Positions 30,333 to 37,831 of a stretch of DNA of 64,000 nucleotides are shown here, in pieces; position 1 is the stretch's first letter, and every line of letters begins with the position of its first letter. The position numbers and the translations under genes are program-made. Under the pieces are notes generated by a model, which was not told where the DNA came from, did no database searches, and saw only the letters and a list, made by a program, of their open reading frames with translations. Source of the DNA: Trinickia sp. (GTDB lineage Bacteria > Pseudomonadota > Gammaproteobacteria > Burkholderiales > Burkholderiaceae). Location: positions 3,987 through 67,986 of the forward strand of contig NZ_JBQCDN010000198.1 of NCBI RefSeq assembly GCF_051961175.1, in the 5' to 3' direction.

Positions 30333-31561
30333 GAGTCCGGTGCGATGTGGTGACGCACGATCGCGCGGATGAACGCCGCGTCTTCGGGCGCGACCTTCGC
30401 ATAGATGGCGGGCTCGGCCGCGCGCTCGGGATCGCCGGTACGCAGCATGAGTTCGGCCCAGTCGATCAGACGCCGCGTCGAGAATGCGCTCGACAAGTCT
30501 TCGCGGACGAAGGCTGCCCGGCACTCGGCGGCGATGCGTGCCAGCGTGTCGGCCAGCGGCCGTGTCAGATGCGGTGCGAGCGTGCGCACCAACACGTCGG
30601 CTTCTTCCTCGGGCGACAGATAGTCGACCCGGTAGACGCGCCAGCGATCGAGAAACGCCTCATTCATGAGGTTGGCGCCTTGGTACAGATGCCGGAAGCG
30701 GCTCATGGCGCCGACGGCATTGGCCGTTGCGAACAGGCGAAAATCGGGATGCGGTTCGACGATCTCATGCCCTTTCTCTTTCAGCACAAGGCGTCCTTGC
30801 GGTTCGAGCACGGCGGTCAGCGCGGCCAGAATCGATGGCTCCGCGAAGTCGATCTCGTCGACGATGAGCCAAAGCCCCTCACGCATCGCCGTGGGCAGCA
30901 CGCCGTCGACCCAGATCGTCTCGCCGCCTTTGACGGTCCAGAAGCCGACGAAGTCACCGGCTGTCGTCTGACCGTTCATATTCGAGCGCAACACGCCATA
31001 GCGTGCGCGGGCGGCTACCTGCTCGATGAAGCTCGTCTTGCCGGCGCCTGTGTGGCCGATCAGCATGACGCGCTTGTTCTCGAGGATATCCAGGACGATG
31101 TCCTCGAAGCGTGGCGAGAACAGATAGGCCGGATTGATGCGCGGCACGAGCGCATGACCGGCGCCGCAGGGGAACTCAATCGTGCCGATACGCACGTTGA
31201 CGAGCGGGGAAGCGTCGCTGCCATCGCCGCTTTCGTTCCGATCCGACTTGGCAGGGCGGTACTGGGGGACCACGCGTGCAAGCTCGCTCATGAATGCGAT
31301 ACGCGCATCGGCGCTCTGTTCGTGCAGCGGTGCCTGCGCGTCAGAGACGAAGCCCTCCCGATGCCACTTCTTGAGCTTCGCACGCAGATTCTCAGCATCG
31401 ACGACGAGGTCGATATCACCGAGTGTGTCGCCGATGCCTTGCTCGATGCGATACGTATGCGGACGATCTCCGATGGTGACGCGCCACCACTGCTCGCCCG
31501 CTTCGGTAGCACGTCGATAAAAGCCGAGCGAATCGTTTTCGGTCAATTCTGGTGAAGTCAT
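30329..31561 (-). CDS. MoxR/CobS-like (CbbQ/NirQ/NorQ/GpvN) AAA+ ATPase
   Basis: Walker A GHTGAGKT, WVDGVLPTAMREG, Walker B LIVDE, FRLFATAN, AFLDRW, FSTRRLIDW. Confidence 0.9.
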   Translation of the reverse strand: MTSPELTENDSLGFYRRATEAGEQWWRVTIGDRPHTYRIEQGIGDTLGDIDLVVDAENLRAKLKKWHREGFVSDAQAPLHEQSADARIAFMSELARVVPQYRPAKSDRNESGDGSDASPLVNVRIGTIEFPCGAGHALVPRINPAYLFSPRFEDIVLDILENKRVMLIGHTGAGKTSFIEQVAARARYGVLRSNMNGQTTAGDFVGFWTVKGGETIWVDGVLPTAMREGLWLIVDEIDFAEPSILAALTAVLEPQGRLVLKEKGHEIVEPHPDFRLFATANAVGAMSRFRHLYQGANLMNEAFLDRWRVYRVDYLSPEEEADVLVRTLAPHLTRPLADTLARIAAECRAAFVREDLSSAFSTRRLIDWAELMLRTGDPERAAEPAIYAKVAPEDAAFIRAIVRHHIAPDS

Positions 31562-31904
31562 GGTATTGCCCGGTAATTGTGACTGGGATTGCGTGGCGCA
31601 TCGCTGTCAACTGACATAATTGGCAGATCAACCTCGATTTTATAGTAGGTCGATGCCCTGGGAATCAGCCGCTTCCGTTTCCACCTGGAAACAATTGAGC
31701 GAGCCCGGTAAGCGTCTTGCGCACCCGATGGTTAGTGTTTATCGTAGCAGCGCATATGCTTATCGGTTCTACACATATATCGAGCGTCCGAGGATTGGAG
31801 GCGACTCCATCGTTTTTGGCGATACATGGCCGCACGATCAGATGAGCGCTGCGAATGGCGTCGATTCATTTCAAATGCACTGCCCTGGCCTGAAGGAGGG
31901 TATT

Positions 31905-32771
31905 TTGAAATCCATTTTGCCTCAAACGATCAGCATGTCGTTGGTCGTTTCGGTCGGCGTCTTTGCGGCCTTCTTTATTCTTGAGCGAATTTTTCCTCGA
32001 ATCATTTTCGAGGGAAATAGACGTAACCGTCTGGTCAATAATTTTGGCCTGGGAATTACGTATAAGCTCATATTTTCACCGATGGTCATTGCACCGCTCG
32101 TGCTCTATATCGTGCGCGATGTCCCCTATCGCCTGCATCGGCCCGACTGGTATCACGGCGTGCTCGCGCTCTTCATCGATTTTCTGATCCTCGATCTCAC
32201 GCATTTTTTGCAGCATATGCTCGCGCACCGCATTCCGCTGCTGTGGCGCTTCCATGCCGTTCATCACATCGATGAGCATCTCGACGTGACGACAGGCATT
32301 CGCAATCATTTCGCCGAGAAGTTCTTCGCGCTCGCCACGAAGCTGCCCGTGCTCTTTCTCCTGGCGGTGCCGCCCGAGACCGTCGGGGCCTATGAAGCAT
32401 TCGTGTTCTGCTATGGGGTCTTCCACCACAGCAACATCCGCCTGCCGGACCGGCTCGAGCAGTGGCTCGGCAAGGTGTTCGTGACGCCGCTTTATCACAA
32501 CATCCATCACGGCCGCACGCAGAACTTCACCGATTCGAACTACGGCGCCATTCTCAGCGTGTGGGATTATTTCACCGGTACGCGCTGCGCCGTCACGCGC
32601 CGTCCTCCCGGCTTCACGAACGGGCTCGACGAGCATCCCGATTACTCGCTCGCGGGGCTTCATCTGCTGCCGTTCCTGCCGATCAGCGTCAAGCGCTGGG
32701 CCGATGCATGGCTTAGCGGCAAGCGTAGCCGCAGCGGCCAGCGCGACTTTCGCATCCAGCCGCATCCGTAG
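31905..32771 (+). CDS. Sterol desaturase / fatty-acid hydroxylase superfamily membrane di-iron enzyme
   Basis: His boxes HMLAH, WRFHAVHH, FHHSN, HNIHH, NYG..WD; TTG 31905 follows AAGGAGG. Confidence 0.85.
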   Translation: MKSILPQTISMSLVVSVGVFAAFFILERIFPRIIFEGNRRNRLVNNFGLGITYKLIFSPMVIAPLVLYIVRDVPYRLHRPDWYHGVLALFIDFLILDLTHFLQHMLAHRIPLLWRFHAVHHIDEHLDVTTGIRNHFAEKFFALATKLPVLFLLAVPPETVGAYEAFVFCYGVFHHSNIRLPDRLEQWLGKVFVTPLYHNIHHGRTQNFTDSNYGAILSVWDYFTGTRCAVTRRPPGFTNGLDEHPDYSLAGLHLLPFLPISVKRWADAWLSGKRSRSGQRDFRIQPHP

Positions 32772-32892
32772 CGCCGGCCAATCAGTCTCTCGCACTTCCT
32801 TTTCCTTAGGGCCGTCCCAAGCCGCGTTGTTCCGACAGCGCGTCGGCAAGGGCGTGCCGCCTCGAAATCGAGCAGAAACGACAAAGGTGAGT

Positions 32893-33645
32893 ATGGACAC
32901 GAATCTGATGGACACCAATCTGAAGGTCGCCTCCGTCGGCGATTCGATCGTCACGGGCAACGCCGCATGGACGTTTGCCGGGGAGACCGCCAAGCACTTC
33001 GACGACCACGTGTCGAAATCGGTGCCGCGCTATGCGGAAGGTCACGAGCTCGTGGCGGAGATCAGCGATTTCTTCGTGAGCGCGCATTCGGTCTGCTACG
33101 AGCTCGGCTGTTCGACGGGGGCGCTCACCCGCAAGCTCGCTCGCCGCCATGGTCCCACCGCCAAATGGATCGGCATCGACGTCGAGCCCGACATGATCGC
33201 GCAAGCCCGCAAGACGGCCGCGAACGAAGCGGACCCGATGGCGAACGTGAACTTCCTCGTCGACGACATCAACTTGCATCCGTATGAGAAGAGCGACTTG
33301 ATGGTCGCGTACTACACGGTGCAGTTCATCCGGCCGCGGCTGCGCCAGACGCTCATCGATAAGGTCTACGAGAGCCTGAATTGGGGGGGCGCATTCCTGT
33401 TGTTCGAGAAGGTGCGCGCGCCCGATGCGCGTTTTCAGGACATCGCGGTGGCGCTGTACAACGAGTACAAGCTCAAGCAAGGCTACGACTGCGAGCAGAT
33501 TATGCAAAAGACGCGGAGCCTGAAGGGCGTGCTCGAGCCGTTCTCGACGGCAGGTAATGTCGACATGCTCAAGCGCGCGGGGTTCAGCGACGTCGTGACG
33601 GTGTTCAAGCACATCTGCTTCGAAGGTTTCCTATGTATCAAGTGA
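32893..33645 (+). CDS. CmoA-like (carboxy-SAM synthase family) protein, TglE-like
   Basis: WTF..FDDHVSKSVPRY, YELGCSTG, TVQF, GGAFLLFEK, YKLKQGY..I.QK, AGFS follow the CmoA pattern; located in a pearlin cluster. Confidence 0.75.
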   Translation: MDTNLMDTNLKVASVGDSIVTGNAAWTFAGETAKHFDDHVSKSVPRYAEGHELVAEISDFFVSAHSVCYELGCSTGALTRKLARRHGPTAKWIGIDVEPDMIAQARKTAANEADPMANVNFLVDDINLHPYEKSDLMVAYYTVQFIRPRLRQTLIDKVYESLNWGGAFLLFEKVRAPDARFQDIAVALYNEYKLKQGYDCEQIMQKTRSLKGVLEPFSTAGNVDMLKRAGFSDVVTVFKHICFEGFLCIK

Positions 33646-34586
33646 GCGAAACGAGCGAGGCGCAACAAGATCAGGTGCGCGCGTATCTGCGCGCCGTCGG
33701 TGTCGAGGACGACTACGAATGCGCCGGGCAGCCGTGCGATGTGTGCGGTGATGCGCACTTCTCCACGCTGGTGGACGACGTTGAAATCGGACAGGGACGG
33801 CGTTGGAAACTGCCCGTCGTCATGTGCGAGACGTGCGGCTTCGTCATGCAGAATCCGCGCTTCGAGCCTGCCTTTTACGACGCGTACTACCGCAAGCACT
33901 ATCGCGTGAACCTGTTCGGCGCAACCGAGCCCGAGCGCGCCTTCATGGTCGATCAACTGCGGCGGGGCGAGCGGCTGCTTCAATCGTTGGAATCTTACTT
34001 GCCGGCCTCGGGGCGTTTGCTCGATGTCGGCTGCTCGGCGGGCGGTTTGATGGTGCCGTTCGCCAAGCGCGGCTGGGAAGTGCTTGGCACCGATCCGGAC
34101 GCAGGCTATGCCGAGTACGGTGCCCGCCATCTGAAGCTCAAGATCGAGACCGTTGGCGCCGAGGATATGGTGCTGCCCGAAGCGCACTTCGATCTCGTCG
34201 TGATCACGGGATCGCTCGAACACGTGCATGACGTTAATCGCACGCTCGCGCTCTGTCGTCTTGCGAGCCGCGCCGGGGGACTGCTGTTCATCGAAGGGCG
34301 CGCGCTGCGCGGCGGCGTGGCGCTCGGTACATTCAGCCATACGCATCGGCGCTATCTGACGTTGCGCAGCATCGGCCTGTTGATGCGCAAGCATGGCTGG
34401 GAGCCGATTCTTTCGACCGACGAGCCGCTGACCGGGCCCACACGGCCGGGTGGCGTCTATGTGCTGGGCCGGGCGTGCGAGCCGTTGAGCGAGGAAGCGT
34501 TCGCCGCCGCGGCGCGCGAAGGCGCGGCCGAGGAGCGCACGGAAATGCGGGCCGTCGCCGCCATGCTGCCGGGAGCATGCGGTTGA
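33642..34586 (+). CDS. Class I SAM-dependent transferase with N-terminal Cys4 Zn motif (candidate TglF-like carboxymethyl/alkyl transferase)
   Basis: CDVC..CETC, LLDVGCSAG, FDLVVITGSLEHV; GTGA coupling to the cmoA-like gene (alternative ATG 33633). Confidence 0.7.
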   Translation: MSETSEAQQDQVRAYLRAVGVEDDYECAGQPCDVCGDAHFSTLVDDVEIGQGRRWKLPVVMCETCGFVMQNPRFEPAFYDAYYRKHYRVNLFGATEPERAFMVDQLRRGERLLQSLESYLPASGRLLDVGCSAGGLMVPFAKRGWEVLGTDPDAGYAEYGARHLKLKIETVGAEDMVLPEAHFDLVVITGSLEHVHDVNRTLALCRLASRAGGLLFIEGRALRGGVALGTFSHTHRRYLTLRSIGLLMRKHGWEPILSTDEPLTGPTRPGGVYVLGRACEPLSEEAFAAAAREGAAEERTEMRAVAAMLPGACG

Positions 34587-35731
34587 ACTCGGATATCGCT
34601 CAGCGGATCGCGGGCGGCTACACGCGCTTGCGCGAGGACCTCGACATCGAGTCCCTCGTCGAACCGGGGCAGCCCGAGCGCTTCGTGCTACGCGATCGCG
34701 ATTCCGAGGAGTCGTTCGTCCTCGGCAAGCGCGAGCTGCTGGTCGCGCGCATGTTCGACGGGATGTGCTCGATCGATCGGATCGTCGAGCGGCTGCGTGA
34801 AGAGCACGCGGTGCGTGCGTCGACGGCGACCGTCAGGCAATTCGAAGAGCGCATGCTCGCACTCGGCATCCTGACCGATCCGTCGCGGCCGTCGGCTTCA
34901 AGCGCGGGCAAACCGCGCTCGCAATCGGCCGGCATTACCTACGGGCCGTTCAAGCGCGTGCTGATGATCACCTTGTTTCGCTTCGATCCGCACGACACGC
35001 TCGACGCGATGATGGCGCGCATGCCGTGGCTTGCGACGCGCACGGCATTTTGCGCGTTTGGCGCGCTCGTCGCGGCGGCGTGTGTGCTGCTCGGGTTGGA
35101 CGGGCACGCGTTCGCGCACGATCTGGTATCGATCTATTCGTCGGGCTTCGCCTGGATCCCGATTCACTACGCGGTCGTGATCGCGTCGATCGTCGTGCAT
35201 GAGTTCGGCCATGCGCTCGCTTGCCGCGCTTATCGCGTGCGCGTGACGGAGATCGGGGTAGCCGTTTATGTGGTCATCGCGACAGGTTGGGCGTGGCCCG
35301 TGCAGCGTGAATGGAGCCGCCTCGACAAGACGGCGCGGGCCGTGACGATTTTTGCCGGCCCATTTGCGAGCCTCGTGTTTGCCGCGGTGGCTGTCTTCGT
35401 CTGGGCATGGGCGGCACCCGGCAGCGCGGCGCGCTACGCTGCGACGGTCGCGATCGCGAGCCCGTCGATCGCGCTGATTCCGACGCTGCTGCCGATCTTC
35501 AACGGCGACGGCTACCTGGCGATGACCGAGCTCATGAATATGCCACGGCTGCGTCAGCGCGCCTTTTCGGCCTTCATGGCGCTCGTGCGCGGACGCCGCG
35601 TATCGCTCACGCGGCGCGAGACGCTGACTTACACGGCCATGGTCATCGGCACCCTGGGCGGCTGGCTCATCGTGTGGGCCAACGTCGCACGCATCGCGGT
35701 TTCTGCTGTGTCCGCTTTTCAACCCCACTGA
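34577..35731 (+). CDS. M50 (site-2) membrane metalloprotease with N-terminal soluble domain, TglG-like
   Basis: HEFGH Zn motif in a TM region, AGP, LLPIFNGDGY; overlaps the upstream stop. Confidence 0.8.
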   Translation: MRLNSDIAQRIAGGYTRLREDLDIESLVEPGQPERFVLRDRDSEESFVLGKRELLVARMFDGMCSIDRIVERLREEHAVRASTATVRQFEERMLALGILTDPSRPSASSAGKPRSQSAGITYGPFKRVLMITLFRFDPHDTLDAMMARMPWLATRTAFCAFGALVAAACVLLGLDGHAFAHDLVSIYSSGFAWIPIHYAVVIASIVVHEFGHALACRAYRVRVTEIGVAVYVVIATGWAWPVQREWSRLDKTARAVTIFAGPFASLVFAAVAVFVWAWAAPGSAARYAATVAIASPSIALIPTLLPIFNGDGYLAMTELMNMPRLRQRAFSAFMALVRGRRVSLTRRETLTYTAMVIGTLGGWLIVWANVARIAVSAVSAFQPH

Positions 35732-35760
35732 CTGTTTGTTGACTGTTGACGGAGGATCTC

Positions 35761-35934
35761 ATGAACGACACGACCGTTTCCCAAGAGCAGAACCCGCTCG
35801 TAGCCGAGATGCAAGCGAGCGTCGCACCGCAGAGCGCGGGCACGGGCGAAGGCAAGCCAGCCGAAGCGCTGCAGGATTTTGAAGACTTTTCGCTCGACGA
35901 TATCGAGGTGATCGAAAGCAAGGTCTTCGCGTGA
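35761..35934 (+). CDS. tglA: Pearlin carrier/scaffold peptide (TglA-like), 57 aa
   Basis: RBS GGAGGA; acidic C-terminus FEDFSLDDIEVIESKVFA, matching the TglA C-terminus as I recall it (..DDIEVIESKVFA); no Cys; next to MNIO and PEARL genes. Confidence 0.88.
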   Translation: MNDTTVSQEQNPLVAEMQASVAPQSAGTGEGKPAEALQDFEDFSLDDIEVIESKVFA

Positions 35935-36021
35935 TGCGAACGCAGGCCCCCATGCCAACGCGCGTGTAATGCCGTTGCGCAAGCGCACCGAGCCTGGGGG
36001 CGTTCCCCTTTTGGAGCCATC

Positions 36022-36954
36022 ATGACATTTGCGAAGCCGTCCGCCATCGGCGTCGGGCTGCAATACAACCCGGAGATCCTCGATTGGTTTCCCTTCGAGG
36101 ACATGGAAGTCGACGTATTCGAAGTGCTGCTCGACAACCTGATGGGTCCGCTCGACGGTCCGTATCTGATGCGTCCCGCCGCACGCGAGCAACTCGAGAA
36201 GATTCGCGGGCGCGGCCGGTTGCTCGCGCATTCGAACTATGGCTGCGATTTCGGTTTTGCGCCGCTCGAGGAGACGGCTGCGCTGAGGCGCCACGTGCCG
36301 CTCGCCAAGGCGCTGGGCAGCCCGTGGGTGGCCAACCACTGCTTCTATGGCGATCACTCGTGGCTCGACATCTGGAGCAGCCCCATCCAGTTCTCGACCG
36401 CAGAGATCGAACGCTGCGCCGCCCGCGCCGCGGCCGTGCAGGAAGCGTATGGCATGCCGCTCGCGCATGAGAACGCGGCCTACTATATGCCGACGCCCGG
36501 CGCACAAATGCGCGAGGCCGAATTCATGGCACGGCTCGTCGAACGCTCGGGCACATTCCTGCATCTCGATCTGCACAACATCTATACGAACTCGGTGAAC
36601 CTCGCCGGGTTCTCATGCGCCGATTACCTCGACACGATTCCGCTCGATCGCGTGATCGCGATCCATCTCGCGGGCGGCAGCTGGTATGGGGGCAGTTATC
36701 ACGACTGGCACGACAGCAAGGTGCCGGAGCCCGTATGGGAACTGCTGGAAGAGGTGCTGTCGCGCGCCGAGCCGGCTGCCGTCATCCTCGAATTCCAAGG
36801 GCAGGCGCATCACGACGGGACGCGCGTGCTGGGCCAATCGACGGCGCAGGCCGATCACGACATGATCGCGGGCGATCTCGCCCGTGCGCGCGAAATCTGG
36901 AATCGCCATAACGGCGCGCGGCACGACATGTCGACGATGGCGGAGCAAGCATGA
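36022..36954 (+). CDS. tglH: DUF692 multinuclear non-heme iron oxidative enzyme (MNIO), TglH-like
   Basis: Metal-ligand pattern LAHS, ANHC, HENAAYY, LDLHNIYTN, IHLAGG, HDWHDSKVPE, ILE. Confidence 0.85.
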   Translation: MTFAKPSAIGVGLQYNPEILDWFPFEDMEVDVFEVLLDNLMGPLDGPYLMRPAAREQLEKIRGRGRLLAHSNYGCDFGFAPLEETAALRRHVPLAKALGSPWVANHCFYGDHSWLDIWSSPIQFSTAEIERCAARAAAVQEAYGMPLAHENAAYYMPTPGAQMREAEFMARLVERSGTFLHLDLHNIYTNSVNLAGFSCADYLDTIPLDRVIAIHLAGGSWYGGSYHDWHDSKVPEPVWELLEEVLSRAEPAAVILEFQGQAHHDGTRVLGQSTAQADHDMIAGDLARAREIWNRHNGARHDMSTMAEQA

Positions 36955-37829
36955 ACGCGAACTTGAACGCACAAACGGTCTGGCTCACCTGGCGCCGCAT
37001 CATGTGCGAGCAGCCGCTCGCCTCTGCCGTGCTCGCGGGCCGGGTCGATGACCTGCAGCAGCGCTTCTCGCTGACCGACGACGAATACGCGGTCGCGCGC
37101 GAATACGCAAACGAAGCCTCGGGTGCGCGCTGGTTCGTCGAGAACTATCGCTTCCGCATGCGCAATTCGTTCCTCAACGCGCTGGAAAACGGCGCGCCGT
37201 TGACGCTGCGTGCGTTGCTGGCTGACGGCCATGACGTGCACGAGCTTGGGGCGGGGTTCCTGGATACGGTGGGTTGGCGTGACTACGGCCCGTTCGTCTA
37301 TACCTACTGCGCTGAGGCACTGGCCTTTCTGCGCAATGATGCGGCCGCGGTACGCCTGCCCGGCATGGCCGATTTGATGGGACTCGAAGCGGCCGCCGTG
37401 ACGATGCTGCGGCGCGTGGGAGCCCTCGATGAAGCGGCGCGCAAGCAAGCCACGGGCAGCGCGAGCGCATCGGCTGGGCAGTTCGACGATGCGAGCATCG
37501 TCTGGGTGCGTTCGCCGTATTGCGAGCTGTATCGCTCATCGACGCAGCTCGCGAAATGGCTGCGCGAAAAGGGCACGCTCGGGCGCGAGCCGCTGCCGGC
37601 AGTGCCGGGTGTGTACGTCGCGTACTACGTCGACGATGAACGCGCACACCGCTTCGGGATGTTGCCCGAGCGCGCCGCACAGATTCATGACGCGCTCGTT
37701 CAGCCCGCCGATCGCGCGGCGCTGAACGCGCGGCTGGCCGCACGCGGCCTGGCACCGGTTACCGACGCTGATGCGCGCGCATTCGAGCTGCTGCGTCAGT
37801 GTCGCGCCATTGACGTCTCGCGGGGATAA
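36951..37829 (+). CDS. tglI: MNIO partner protein (TglI-like peptide-recognition subunit)
   Basis: ATGA-coupled to the DUF692 gene and 2 nt before the PEARL; 292 aa; assignment mainly positional. Confidence 0.6.
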   Translation: MNANLNAQTVWLTWRRIMCEQPLASAVLAGRVDDLQQRFSLTDDEYAVAREYANEASGARWFVENYRFRMRNSFLNALENGAPLTLRALLADGHDVHELGAGFLDTVGWRDYGPFVYTYCAEALAFLRNDAAAVRLPGMADLMGLEAAAVTMLRRVGALDEAARKQATGSASASAGQFDDASIVWVRSPYCELYRSSTQLAKWLREKGTLGREPLPAVPGVYVAYYVDDERAHRFGMLPERAAQIHDALVQPADRAALNARLAARGLAPVTDADARAFELLRQCRAIDVSRG

Positions 37830-37831
37830 CC

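Noticed and set aside
28518-31561. Cobaltochelatase / cobalamin biosynthesis
   Set aside because: No cobN or other cob genes in the window; treated as a generic MoxR-VWA pair.
31568-31586. lux/cep-box-like imperfect palindrome CCCGGTAATTGTGACTGGG
   Set aside because: Weak symmetry, lies only a few nt from the AAA start codon, and no LuxR/LuxI gene is in the window.
31620-31904. Long N-terminal extensions in the ORF track (also starts at 32704, 34475, 44269, 25521, 30524, 58156, 59347)
   Set aside because: Better starts with an RBS or stop/start coupling lie downstream; the extensions overlap other genes or regulatory DNA.
32893-34586. tRNA cmo5U modification genes cmoA/cmoB
   Set aside because: The second gene does not look like CmoB, and the context is a peptide-modifying cluster.
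36022-37829. Methanobactin (MbnBC) or other Cys-rich MNIO RiPP system
   Set aside because: The only adjacent peptide has no Cys; Cys would have to be supplied by the PEARL as in the tgl pathway.
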